Positions 1 through 9,664 of a stretch of DNA of 32,225 bases are shown here, piece after piece. The stretch covers positions 1-32,225 of the IMG/VR virus record IMGVR_UViG_3300020239_000013; one strand, 5' to 3'. A program made the position numbers and the translations under genes. Numbering within the stretch: the first letter of the stretch is position 1; each line of letters opens with the position of its first letter. Below the pieces are notes generated by a model. It saw only the letters and a program-made list of their open reading frames with translations, made no database searches and was not told the origin of the DNA. This DNA comes from a virus (Duplodnaviria > Caudoviricetes).

Positions 1-117
1 TTGATTATGATTCTGATATGCTACTTTTGCTGAGTACTCTAAACAAACATCTAAGTCGTTAAAGTAAACGGGCTCTTGCTCTTTACCCGCTAAGAATACA
101 ATCAGCACCCATAACAT
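1..117 (-). CDS. Hypothetical protein, partial (runs off window start)
   Basis: Hand translation MLWVLIVFLAGKEQEPVYFNDLDVCLEYSAK...; ATG overlaps the stop of the upstream gene; hydrophobic N-terminus. Confidence 0.65.
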   Translation of the reverse strand, partial: MLWVLIVFLAGKEQEPVYFNDLDVCLEYSAKVAYQNHNQ

Positions 118-323
118 TACTTCATCCAGCCTGAAGCTAAATTACTTAGTACTCCTATTGAACCTCCTAATCCCATCATTAACCAGAAGGCGCCTCTCCA
201 ACGGTTAGCGGTAGCTTTTAAATCTTTAACACTGTCCCGCATTTCTTTCATGTCTTCTTGCATAGCTTCAACTCTTTCTTCTAGTCTAGCTAAAGCAATT
301 TCTAATTTTTGTTCTTGTGACAT
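117..323 (-). CDS. Coiled-coil plus C-terminal TM protein (holin/XhlA-like)
   Basis: Heptad LARLEERVEAMQEDMKEMRDSVKDL followed by hydrophobic GAFWLMMGLGGSIGVL; GGAG SD favours the start at 323 over 347. Confidence 0.6.
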   Translation of the reverse strand: MSQEQKLEIALARLEERVEAMQEDMKEMRDSVKDLKATANRWRGAFWLMMGLGGSIGVLSNLASGWMK

Positions 324-348
324 CTTAGTCTCCGTTGAAAGTTTCATT

Positions 349-924
349 CTATGCTTTATATTCTTTTATTAAAAGATAATTTTCTGCTCCATCTCCATTG
401 GCACTACCCATTTCCATATTATTATTTGTTATAGGATAATATACTTTACCTCTAACATCATACGTTCTTGCAGAGGTGCTACCAGAAGTTTCATAATATT
501 GTTTCCAAGCATATTTTATAACTCTTGTACTAGCATCTTGATATAAATCATAAGGTCTATCAGAGCTGTCATTTGGACTATTGCTTACTCTTGTGCCGTC
601 TTTAAAAATATTTATACCATAACCATTCGCTCCAGCTGGTTGTGCATTTATAAATACTTGAGTAAATATTTCTATAATACTATTTGCAAATAAAGGTGTA
701 AAAGATATAGATAAACCAGAAACTTGCACATAACTTGTTGTATCATTTTCTGTAGCAGTATCTTTAGAAACTACTCTTGCAGATTGTACTAAAGAACCAC
801 TTGGCATATTAGCACTACTTAATGTACCTATTTTACTCGCAGCTATCGCAGCACTAGCATTTATTTGTGTATTGGTTAGAGTACCATCGGTGACTCCGAG
901 AGCTTTTAGTTTTGTGATAGCCAT
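349..924 (-). CDS. Tail fibre / receptor-binding-type structural protein
   Basis: N-terminal MAITK..DGTLT..INASAAIAASKI stalk motif and 'PSGSLVQ' junction into a beta-rich tip, as in marine phage fibres. Confidence 0.6.
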   Translation of the reverse strand: MAITKLKALGVTDGTLTNTQINASAAIAASKIGTLSSANMPSGSLVQSARVVSKDTATENDTTSYVQVSGLSISFTPLFANSIIEIFTQVFINAQPAGANGYGINIFKDGTRVSNSPNDSSDRPYDLYQDASTRVIKYAWKQYYETSGSTSARTYDVRGKVYYPITNNNMEMGSANGDGAENYLLIKEYKA

Positions 925-934
925 TTAGTTCTCC

Positions 935-1201
935 CTATTTAGGTGGTGTATTTTCTTCATTTACCTCTTTAGCTGTTTTAACTACTTTCAAAGTAAATGC
1001 TTGTTCAACTTGTTTGTCTTCACCTTCTGCTATTGCTATTCCATTAGCGTTACAGTGTGCTACATTAGCTGCAATGATTTCATCTTTAGCAATCCTTGCT
1101 CTATTCTTTAGGGCATTATCTACCCAATCTTGTGTTGATACAGTACAATAAGACATTGCTTTATCTTCTGTATCTGTTAATTTTACAGTATAATCTGCCA
1201 T
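935..1201 (-). CDS. Hypothetical protein (possible fibre assembly chaperone)
   Basis: 88 aa ORF with AAGGAG SD, directly after a C1q fibre gene. Confidence 0.6.
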   Translation of the reverse strand: MADYTVKLTDTEDKAMSYCTVSTQDWVDNALKNRARIAKDEIIAANVAHCNANGIAIAEGEDKQVEQAFTLKVVKTAKEVNEENTPPK

Positions 1202-1215
1202 AATTTTTCTCCTTA

Positions 1216-2091
1216 TTATCCTATTAAAAATCCTTGAAAAAATGTATACGGATGGTGATTATAATAATTTCCACCTTGAGTATTTAAGTGAACATCTATT
1301 TTATCATTTGCTGCCATATTAACAATACCAGCTACCCATACTGTTACTTCAGAGCTACTATTATATCCATAAACATTTCCTACTGCGAAATCAGTTCCAT
1401 TATGTCTTAGCTTTATTCTTTTTTGATTTGTTCCATTTTGTACTAATGCTTGTGTATAAAACTGATACTTACCAGCAACTGGTGCAAAAAATCCATTTGA
1501 ACTTGTGTTGTAATTATTACCTTGGTCAAAGTTAAATCCATTGCCATCATTAGCAAACTGAACAACATCATTAATTCCAGTAGACCAAGCACCACCTAAT
1601 CCTGCAGCTCTAAAACATGGGTGTTTAGGTTTTAATAATTCACCATCTATAGTTAATTGCATATTGGTTGTTAAATTAATTGAAGCATCAGCATTAGCAC
1701 TAGGATTACCAAACCAAGTGTGATAGCCGTTTGCTCCTAATGCATAGTTTGAACTTGTACCATTTTCTTTAGCTTTCCAACTACCATCATGGTACATATT
1801 AGTGCCAATTTGAGTATCACCACCATCATAGTGTCCAAAGTGACCTTGGTCTCCTAAATCAATAGCTGTCCAATTTCCATGCCAAGATTTAGGTGTTGTA
1901 CCTATTCCAATGTTTTCTGAACTGTCTATAGTCATAGCTAAAGCATTAGCATTATCATCTATTCCTGGAGATGTAAACGCACCAGTAGAAGTTAAAGTCG
2001 AAGCAGCAGTTACTCCACCACCATCAGCAATAGTAAGAGCAGCATCTCCATCTGTGTATTGTATATTTTGTACTTTTATAATTGATGTCAT
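1216..2091 (-). CDS. Tail fibre protein with C-terminal C1q-like domain
   Basis: C1q-type signature P.F.A...F.APVAGKYQF...MAANDKIDV...FQGFLIG. Confidence 0.75.
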   Translation of the reverse strand: MTSIIKVQNIQYTDGDAALTIADGGGVTAASTLTSTGAFTSPGIDDNANALAMTIDSSENIGIGTTPKSWHGNWTAIDLGDQGHFGHYDGGDTQIGTNMYHDGSWKAKENGTSSNYALGANGYHTWFGNPSANADASINLTTNMQLTIDGELLKPKHPCFRAAGLGGAWSTGINDVVQFANDGNGFNFDQGNNYNTSSNGFFAPVAGKYQFYTQALVQNGTNQKRIKLRHNGTDFAVGNVYGYNSSSEVTVWVAGIVNMAANDKIDVHLNTQGGNYYNHHPYTFFQGFLIG

Positions 2092-2100
2092 TCTGTTCTC

Positions 2101-2889
2101 CTACCCTATTAAGTGCCCATTTAAATATATATAACTAGCACCACAATATACATTATAATTATTACTTGTTGCATTCCCATCATAAAGGGCTGTATATAAT
2201 TGTACATAATCATTTGCAGCTAATTCAATAGTAAGTGTTGTAGTTGAACTAGTTGCAGTATCGTAATTTCCAATCCAAGTTTCTGATTTTCCTACTCCAT
2301 TTACATAAATAGCTGTACCTGCTCTAGCATAGTTACTAGTATAGTTTGTATAGAATTGACCATAAAATTGATATACACCAGCTACTGGTGCAACGAAGCG
2401 ATGGTTTGTAGTGTTATAATGATTACCTCTATTAAATCGTGTTTGATTAAGTGTTTGTAAATGGAAACCACCATCAGTAGTATCAGACCAACAATAAGTA
2501 TTACTAGCATAGTATGCTTGAAAAGCTGGGACTTTTGGTTTTTTTATAATACCATTACTATCTATTGTTAATCCATCTAAACTATTTGCATTATTAGAAA
2601 GATTTATATTATCTGCTCTTAATCTTATATGATTACTTACAATATGAGTGTCACCAGTTCCTGTTTCTTCTATATAACTATTACTTCCATCATGGTATAA
2701 GTTAAGATCATTACCTGCACCTAATCTTAATTTAAAGTTATCACCCATAGAAGCAGCACTATCAGTAACTGTTATCCTATCAGTATTAGCAGTTTTTATT
2801 TTAACCTGATCATTTACTAAGAGATCAACTCCAGAGTCTTGATCTCCACTTGAATTCATTATTTTATCTGCGTGTATTGTACTTGTCAT
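2101..2889 (-). CDS. Tail fibre protein with C-terminal C1q-like domain
   Basis: PAFQAY...RFVAPVAGVYQF...LAANDYVQLY...LNGHLIG; stalk motif GAGNDLNLYHDGSNSYI. Confidence 0.75.
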   Translation of the reverse strand: MTSTIHADKIMNSSGDQDSGVDLLVNDQVKIKTANTDRITVTDSAASMGDNFKLRLGAGNDLNLYHDGSNSYIEETGTGDTHIVSNHIRLRADNINLSNNANSLDGLTIDSNGIIKKPKVPAFQAYYASNTYCWSDTTDGGFHLQTLNQTRFNRGNHYNTTNHRFVAPVAGVYQFYGQFYTNYTSNYARAGTAIYVNGVGKSETWIGNYDTATSSTTTLTIELAANDYVQLYTALYDGNATSNNYNVYCGASYIYLNGHLIG

Positions 2890-2897
2890 ATATCCTC

Positions 2898-3425
2898 CTA
2901 ACCTAAGTATATTATATTATATAGGGAGTATGCATCTCCATACCAATTGGCAGTCCATTGAACTTTAATCTGATCATTAACTGCACATGGAAATGTAACA
3001 TTACCTGCAATATTAGTATAAGACCAATTTTGAACACTAGAAGGAATAACTGAATTATATAAATGTAATTTTGTAGTACTACCATGGATTACTTTTCCTT
3101 GAGTAGTAGTATCTGTTATATTTGTATTAGCTAAACTAACTATAGAAACTTGATACATTCCTGCAATAGGACAAGTAAATATTCCAGCATTACTCATATG
3201 ATTTCCAGTATTTACCACATTAGTAAAATGACCACCATCTATACTTAATACTGTATCTGCAGAAAGTACCAGTGAGCCACTAGCACCATTAGCAAAGAAA
3301 TAAGGCTGTACATTTCTTTGCACTCTTGCGCTACTATCAATAGATAATGCAGTTGTACCATTAGTATTTTTAAGGGTAGTATTTGTAGTATTTCCTCTTA
3401 TTTCATCAACAAATAATTTACTCAT
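2898..3425 (-). CDS. Short fibre protein with C1q-like domain
   Basis: QPYFFA...FTCPIAGMYQV...AVNDQIKV...YLG. Confidence 0.65.
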   Translation of the reverse strand: MSKLFVDEIRGNTTNTTLKNTNGTTALSIDSSARVQRNVQPYFFANGASGSLVLSADTVLSIDGGHFTNVVNTGNHMSNAGIFTCPIAGMYQVSIVSLANTNITDTTTQGKVIHGSTTKLHLYNSVIPSSVQNWSYTNIAGNVTFPCAVNDQIKVQWTANWYGDAYSLYNIIYLG

Positions 3426-3895
3426 TATATCACCGTAAATGTACCATTCACAGTTATGGTCACTCCATTATTAATTGTTACTGGTCCTATTACACTACCA
3501 TTTTCACCTGATGCTATTGTCTGGCTAGTCGCTAGTGTATTCGTATTTATTCTAATTGGTGTAGCACCTCTAGCTAACTGTGAACTTAACTTAGCTGCTG
3601 TAACTGTACCATCAGCTGGTGTTGTTAGAGATCCTGTTTCACCTAGTACTATTATATAATCTATTACATCATTACTTGTAAGTGCAGAAGCAAATACAAT
3701 ATTACTACCATTTAAAGTATAAGCATCAATAGGTGCTTGTGTTACTCCGTTTAAACTTACAATCATTGATTCAGCACTAGCTGGAGTATAAGCTACACCT
3801 GCACGTTGCAAGGCAAAAGTTGCTGTAGCTGACGTAGTAATACTGTCTAGCTTTATAAACTCTCCTTGTATTAATTGCTTACCTATATATGGCAT
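3425..3895 (-). CDS. Tail structural protein (fibre adaptor-like)
   Basis: MPYIG N-terminus, VSLNGVTQ.P..YT..G..I.F motif and C-terminal GPVTI..GVT.TV motif. Confidence 0.6.
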   Translation of the reverse strand: MPYIGKQLIQGEFIKLDSITTSATATFALQRAGVAYTPASAESMIVSLNGVTQAPIDAYTLNGSNIVFASALTSNDVIDYIIVLGETGSLTTPADGTVTAAKLSSQLARGATPIRINTNTLATSQTIASGENGSVIGPVTINNGVTITVNGTFTVI

Positions 3896-3905
3896 ATTAT
3901 TCTCC

Positions 3906-4223
3906 TTATAGTTTCAATGCTTCTTCAATATCTTTTTTATATGCTTCTTTTACTTCATCTGTCCAAAGTGATTCAGCAATAGCTTTTACTTTTGGTTCTT
4001 CATTAGATAAATCTGTTGGTTCGTGTTGCCAACTTTCATCTGCTAATCTCATTGATGTAAAAGGAACTAATGAACTTCTTTCATGTGAACTACTTATAAT
4101 TTCATAAGAACCATTTGCTTGTTCTTCTTTTACTTTTGTAGTTGTTCTTACTGATAAAGACCAATCTCCAATTACTTCTATTACATCTACTTTTGTTTCT
4201 TTTATTAAATCGCCTTGTGCCAT
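3906..4223 (-). CDS. Hypothetical protein (possible fibre chaperone)
   Basis: 105 aa acidic ORF with AGGAG SD inside the fibre cluster; WTDEVKEAY motif. Confidence 0.6.
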   Translation of the reverse strand: MAQGDLIKETKVDVIEVIGDWSLSVRTTTKVKEEQANGSYEIISSSHERSSLVPFTSMRLADESWQHEPTDLSNEEPKVKAIAESLWTDEVKEAYKKDIEEALKL

Positions 4224-4232
4224 TTTTTACTC

Positions 4233-5294
4233 CTAAACTGTACCTATATGATAACAACCACTTATTTTCATTCTATGGTCACTAAAACTTATTTCACTTG
4301 CTGGTAAACTTCGCCATTGACCACTATCTGGGCTTTGTAAAAAACTTATATAATTATCGTATTGCTGTGCCATTAAATGAGGATATGAAGAACTTGATAC
4401 TCTTCTATAAAAATATTGTGCATTCATAGAAGTACCAGTATGTCCAGTAAAAGGCAGATTTTGAATTTGTACAGAATTAGACGTAGTGCCACTTACTCCA
4501 CCATCACTATCAAAGTTCATATCAACAAAAACTATATCACCTATTCTTGTATAATGACCACTTCCATATTGACCACCACTTCCTTGATAATCAAATGTAG
4601 CACCACTTGAAACCATTTTTGGTTTGAACGTACCATGTTCATAATGTTTTAATACTTCATTTTCTGTAGTTGGATTTTCAGTTCCATCACCAGATGATAA
4701 AGCTGTGCCACCAGTTTGTGCAGAAAAATCTATTCCCTTACCACTTGTTCCTATTACAAGGTTGCCAGTATTTAAAGTTAAATTACCAGTATCTCTATCT
4801 AAACCCATTCTTTCAGTAACAGTTACTTGCGAACCACTAAACCACTTTAATACATTATTAAAGCCATCAAGCATTGTTCTAAAACCATAAACATGATTTT
4901 CACCAAATACTGCTGTTGAAGTTGCAGAGCTTTGTTTTTCTACAATATCCAACGAACCAGAATAAGTAGGATTATTGTCTGCTGTAGTTGTAATTTGTAT
5001 TCTTGGAAATGCTCCACCTTGTGTGTTAGCAGATGTTCCAGATATTTCTAATGATGTTGCTGGTGTAGTAGTTCCTAATCCAACATTTTCTGAACTATCT
5101 ATTGTAATAGCAGTTGCATCGGCATTATCGTCTATTCCAGGTGAAGTAAAAGCACCAGTAGTAGTTATTGCACCACTTGTACTTATTGCAACATTGTTTG
5201 CTAGCTGTGCAGATTCAATAGCATCATCTGCTATCTGTGCAGTATCTACAGAATCATCTGATAAACTTGCAGTTGTTATTTTTGATAATGCCAT
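4233..5294 (-). CDS. Tail fibre protein
   Basis: MALSKI..DDSV.TAQIADDA pentapeptide stalk; GNLVIGTSGKGIDFSA and YE.GTF.P...G.YTRIG..V motifs. Confidence 0.7.
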   Translation of the reverse strand: MALSKITTASLSDDSVDTAQIADDAIESAQLANNVAISTSGAITTTGAFTSPGIDDNADATAITIDSSENVGLGTTTPATSLEISGTSANTQGGAFPRIQITTTADNNPTYSGSLDIVEKQSSATSTAVFGENHVYGFRTMLDGFNNVLKWFSGSQVTVTERMGLDRDTGNLTLNTGNLVIGTSGKGIDFSAQTGGTALSSGDGTENPTTENEVLKHYEHGTFKPKMVSSGATFDYQGSGGQYGSGHYTRIGDIVFVDMNFDSDGGVSGTTSNSVQIQNLPFTGHTGTSMNAQYFYRRVSSSSYPHLMAQQYDNYISFLQSPDSGQWRSLPASEISFSDHRMKISGCYHIGTV

Positions 5295-7039
5295 TATTTA
5301 CTCTCCAATGCTTCTATTCTTTTTATAGCTTCTTGCAAAGCTGCTGTTAATATAGGAACTAATTTAGAATTATCTAATACTTGTGGCTTTATATCTTCAA
5401 ACTCTTCTTGCCATGTACTGTCTGTTGGATAAGTTGTTTCACCTATAGGACTGTTATCTTCATTATCACTATCAGCTTTGCGTTTTTCCCAATCTTCTTT
5501 TTCAATATTGTCTGCAATAGCAATACCTTCTTTATTTAGAACAACATTTTTCTTTGTTACAACTGCATCTTTTTTACCATCAACAGCATAATCAAATACC
5601 TCACCTACTTCATGTGCAAAAAAACCATCTTCTCTATCACCACTGTTTTTCCACTTAAAATTATAAGGCTTTAACTTTTTAACTTGCCCTATGGCATCAG
5701 TAATTTCTTTATTATCTTCTTTTAATCTATAATCAGAAGCTGAATAATAATTTACGCCATTAGCTCCAGTTATTCTTATATAACCTTGTGTAGAACTATT
5801 TCTTCTAAACAATATGTCTTCCATATTACGACCATTATTAGTGTCGTTATTATAGATTGTTATAGCTGGAATACCTGAATAATAAGCATAGGTATATATT
5901 CCTATTCCACCCTTACTATTATTGTAATCAGGACTTACAGTTAATTGTGTTGTAGTATTAAATGGACTAGTTGAACCATTGCGAGATAAAACAACTTGTC
6001 TAGTATCATGCTTCATAAAGAAGCCAATAACACTACTAGTTTTTATAGCAAAGTGTGTTGAGTTTTGTGTATACCAAATATTAGTGCCACCATTATAGGT
6101 AGCTCTTTCAAAACCACAAACACCATAATTACTATTATCTGGGTCCATAAAGTATAAAGCTGTTCTGTCATTAGCACTTGTTTTAAACTGTAATTGACCA
6201 TTATTATTTATTGCTACTCTTTCTGTAGAATCTATCGCAAATTTAATTACTCCTGTAGCACCAGTTGCATCATGGTCAGTTGCAAGTGTCATAGAGCCAT
6301 TATTATAAAATAATCCACCATAGTTGTTGTCATCTGTATCCATTAATTTTAAATCTGGGTGACTGCCTTTTATCTCAACTACATCTGGCTTCACAACGAC
6401 TGTGTCTGTGCCACCTACTTTTAAATCAATTTGGTCATCTGTGTCGGCTGTAATAGATGTATCACCATCATCATCAAGTATTATTTCATTTCCTTGAACA
6501 TCAATAGCACCACTAGTAGTTAACCCAGTTAATGTACCAACACTTGTTACGTTTGGTTGAGCAGCAGTTTGTAATGTTCCTGTTAAACTTGTAGCAGTAA
6601 CACCAGCAATTCCAGTTATATTTGTTGAATTATCACCTGCAATATTTCCATTTGCAGTTATGTCACCACTAAATGTACCAGTAGTTCCTGATATAGCTCC
6701 ACTAAAAGTAGCAGTAGTTCCTACTAGCCCACTAGTAAATGTACCAGATGTAGCAGTTAAAGCTTGATCGGTCGGATGTGAAATACTTTGTACTGCTAAC
6801 TCGTCATATATAATATAAAAGTCATCTGTACTTGCAACACTACCTGTAGTTGTTAATGTAGTTCCATTGACTGAATAAGCTGTTGTTGGTTCCTGTCGTA
6901 CATGGTTTATATAAACAGATAAATCATTTGCATGAGATACTGCATGAGTCAAAGTAAAACTTGTACCACTTTGTCCTGTAAGATCTTGTTTTTCCCTAGA
7001 TGAAAATGCATCTGCTAAAGGGTTTCCTACGTATGGCAT
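5294..7039 (-). CDS. Tail fibre with C-terminal intramolecular chaperone (peptidase S74-like)
   Basis: SDYRLKED..I..A...VKKLKPY.F.WK...GFFAHEV...KLVPILTAALQE...RIEALE autocleaving-chaperone signature. Confidence 0.85.
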   Translation of the reverse strand: MPYVGNPLADAFSSREKQDLTGQSGTSFTLTHAVSHANDLSVYINHVRQEPTTAYSVNGTTLTTTGSVASTDDFYIIYDELAVQSISHPTDQALTATSGTFTSGLVGTTATFSGAISGTTGTFSGDITANGNIAGDNSTNITGIAGVTATSLTGTLQTAAQPNVTSVGTLTGLTTSGAIDVQGNEIILDDDGDTSITADTDDQIDLKVGGTDTVVVKPDVVEIKGSHPDLKLMDTDDNNYGGLFYNNGSMTLATDHDATGATGVIKFAIDSTERVAINNNGQLQFKTSANDRTALYFMDPDNSNYGVCGFERATYNGGTNIWYTQNSTHFAIKTSSVIGFFMKHDTRQVVLSRNGSTSPFNTTTQLTVSPDYNNSKGGIGIYTYAYYSGIPAITIYNNDTNNGRNMEDILFRRNSSTQGYIRITGANGVNYYSASDYRLKEDNKEITDAIGQVKKLKPYNFKWKNSGDREDGFFAHEVGEVFDYAVDGKKDAVVTKKNVVLNKEGIAIADNIEKEDWEKRKADSDNEDNSPIGETTYPTDSTWQEEFEDIKPQVLDNSKLVPILTAALQEAIKRIEALESK

Positions 7040-7047
7040 ATAACCTC

Positions 7048-7383
7048 CTATGTACTAATTGCATCTACAACAGATACTATTGCGTCTACTGAACTTGCTA
7101 CATTTGATTTAATGTATAACCTATCCCCACTTACTGCAACTATTTTAGCACCACCATCTATAAGCTCAAGTGACGATCCACTTGGAATTGGTGCATTTTT
7201 AATAAGGTAAAAGTTATTACCTCCATTTTGTATATAAGCTTCTACTGTAACTGATTGTGTATGTGTATTTGCTAATCGTATCCCTACAATACAATCAAAG
7301 CTATCAAAGTTAGAACCATTAGGAAAATCTACAGCAGACGTTCCTATATTTCTTTCTTTGTATTGTCTAAAATTCTGTGCCAT
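7048..7383 (-). CDS. Tail-associated structural protein
   Basis: MAQNF... beta-rich ORF with IKNAPIPSGSSLELIDGG..V..GD.L motif, following the ...AVAMAIAL fibre. Confidence 0.6.
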   Translation of the reverse strand: MAQNFRQYKERNIGTSAVDFPNGSNFDSFDCIVGIRLANTHTQSVTVEAYIQNGGNNFYLIKNAPIPSGSSLELIDGGAKIVAVSGDRLYIKSNVASSVDAIVSVVDAIST

Positions 7384-7393
7384 TATTTTCTCC

Positions 7394-9664
7394 CTATAAT
7401 GCTATTGCCATTGCTACCGCAAAACCTTGTGATGCTGCATCAGCTCCATTTATCTTAACTGCAGGTGCTTTAAAAGTTTTATTTACACTAAGCGAATCAT
7501 CTGTATTTGCATAAGTAAATGTTGCATCTGGATCACTTCCACAATCAATTGTTAAACCACCACCATTAGCAGCAGCTGCATTTGCAGAACCATTTGCAAT
7601 TGTAATATTTTTATCAGTAACATCTAATGTCTGAGAGTTTACTGTAGTTGTTGTACCATCTACTTGTAGACTTCCTTTAATCTGAACTAAACCTGAGTTA
7701 GCACCTACTACTGCTGGATCAATAACAAGTGTAGATGGTCCACGTATTTCACCACTTGAAAAAGTTAAGTTACCACCTAAAGTTACATCGTTACCAAAAG
7801 CATTTGTAATTCTAGCATCAGCTCTTGTATCAGTATAGTATAAGTTTGAGCTACCTTCAGATAAATCATCTGTATCATATGTTGATATAAATGTTACCCA
7901 TGCAGAACCATTATATACTTTCATTTGTGATGTATTAGTATCATACCATAAATCACCACTACCTATAGTTCCACCTGAAGGCGCTGAGCTTCCTATAAAA
8001 TAAGTATTAGCAAAAGCATTTACATTAGCTATATTTGTAGCAACTGTATTTACATTTGATATTGCACCGCTTACTGTACTAACGTGAGATATATTGGATG
8101 CTACTGTATTAACATTAGTTATAGCACCAGCTACTGTATTTATATTACTTGCATTATTTGCTACGCTAGTTACATTACTATTATTACTTGCAACTGTAGT
8201 TACATTAGCTTGTATTCCAGCCACGGTAGTTACATCACTAGATATTCCAGCTACTGTATTAATATTAGTAGCATTACCTGCAACTGCATTAATTTCTGTA
8301 GTATCTCCAGCTACTGTAGTTACGTTAGCATGTATTCCAGCAACTGTTGTAACATTAGCACTTATACCGGCTACAGTAGTTACATTAGCGCTTATACCAG
8401 CTACTGTAGTTACGTTAGCACTTATACCTGCAACAGTTGTAACATTGCTTGAAATACCAGCTACTGTTGTAATCTCACTTGAAATAGTTAGTACTTCTGC
8501 AATATCATTATTTTCAGTAGTAATAGTATTACCCATATTATTACCATGCTGTGTACAATAATATCTAGCTGGCTGTGTTCCTGTAGTTGGTACTGCAAAA
8601 ACTACTTTAGCACCTGCTTGACCAGCTGTACCAGTTACAGTTACTCCTGTAGTATAAGCATTTCCACCACTATCTTTAAATGCAAGCGGATGTCCACTAT
8701 TAGTATTATCACTAACATCAAATGTATAAGTAAAACCTTTTACAAGTGTAAGAGCTGGTTTACTTGTTGCACCACTTCCTGTATTAATATAAAATACACC
8801 ACCTTGAACAGTAACAGTATATGTAGCGGTACCTTCAAAAATTGCTGCAACTGTATTTATGTTTGATGAATTATTAGCTACGCTTGTAACATTAGAACTA
8901 ATACCTGCAACAGTAGTAATATTTGTATTATTATTAGCAACTGTAGTTACATTACTATCATTATTTGCTACTGTAGTTATATTACCTGCAATACCTGCTA
9001 CTGTATTAATTTCTGTAGTATCTCCTGCTACTGTGTTAATATTTGTAGCATTTCCTGCAACGGCATTAATATTACTAGAATTACTATTTACCGCATTAAT
9101 ATTGGTCGCATTACCTGCTACTGCATTTATATTACTTGAGTTACTGTTTACAGCATTAATATTAGTAGCATTAGCGTTTACTGCGTTAATTGCAGTTTGA
9201 TCTGAAGATGTTGGTTTAACTGTAACCCATGACGAGCCAGTGTAAACTCGCATTATATTATCAGTAGTATTAAAATATAATGCTCCTGTTAGTAATGCAT
9301 TACCATCATTATCAACACTAGGATCACTAGTTTTATTTCCTAAATATCTATCATCAAAAGCATCTAAAGTATTAGCTGCATTAGTAGCTGAAGTTGCTGC
9401 TGCTGTTGCACTATTACCTGCATTAGTTTCTGAAGTTGCTGCATTAGTTGCGCTAGTTGCTGCATTAGTTGCTGAAGTAGCTGCATTAGTTTCACTAGTC
9501 TTTGCATTAGTAGCAGAGGTTGCTGCATTAGTAGCTTTAGTTGCTATTGCTTGTTCAATTGTTGAAAGAGTTGTATTATTTAAACTATTAAACAATCCTC
9601 CTTTTGAGGCATCATCAGTTGCTCCAACTGAATTAACTGTATCTGGTGCTGCTGGTGTTGTCAT
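7394..9664 (-). CDS. Long repeat-rich tail fibre with an internal cupredoxin-like domain
   Basis: 7-aa ATNAATS repeats, 10-aa NVTTVAGISA repeats, FDDRYLG and GDLWYDT motifs, GHPL...YYCTQHGNNMG. Confidence 0.75.
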   Translation of the reverse strand: MTTPAAPDTVNSVGATDDASKGGLFNSLNNTTLSTIEQAIATKATNAATSATNAKTSETNAATSATNAATSATNAATSETNAGNSATAAATSATNAANTLDAFDDRYLGNKTSDPSVDNDGNALLTGALYFNTTDNIMRVYTGSSWVTVKPTSSDQTAINAVNANATNINAVNSNSSNINAVAGNATNINAVNSNSSNINAVAGNATNINTVAGDTTEINTVAGIAGNITTVANNDSNVTTVANNNTNITTVAGISSNVTSVANNSSNINTVAAIFEGTATYTVTVQGGVFYINTGSGATSKPALTLVKGFTYTFDVSDNTNSGHPLAFKDSGGNAYTTGVTVTGTAGQAGAKVVFAVPTTGTQPARYYCTQHGNNMGNTITTENNDIAEVLTISSEITTVAGISSNVTTVAGISANVTTVAGISANVTTVAGISANVTTVAGIHANVTTVAGDTTEINAVAGNATNINTVAGISSDVTTVAGIQANVTTVASNNSNVTSVANNASNINTVAGAITNVNTVASNISHVSTVSGAISNVNTVATNIANVNAFANTYFIGSSAPSGGTIGSGDLWYDTNTSQMKVYNGSAWVTFISTYDTDDLSEGSSNLYYTDTRADARITNAFGNDVTLGGNLTFSSGEIRGPSTLVIDPAVVGANSGLVQIKGSLQVDGTTTTVNSQTLDVTDKNITIANGSANAAAANGGGLTIDCGSDPDATFTYANTDDSLSVNKTFKAPAVKINGADAASQGFAVAMAIAL
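8040..8470. repeat. Degenerate 30-nt tandem coding repeat
   Basis: Units such as CTACTGTAGTTACGTTAGCACTTATACCTG encode NVTTVAGISA on the minus strand; a second block lies at about 8840-9200. Confidence 0.85.
9375..9535. repeat. Degenerate 21-nt tandem coding repeat
   Basis: GCATTAGT..CTGAAGTTGCT units encode the ATNAATS heptad (coiled-coil stalk). Confidence 0.8.

Noticed and set aside
8040-9535. Tandem repeats as a CRISPR array or DGR
   Set aside because: They are in-frame coding repeats with synonymous variation and no spacers; no reverse transcriptase or cas gene is present.
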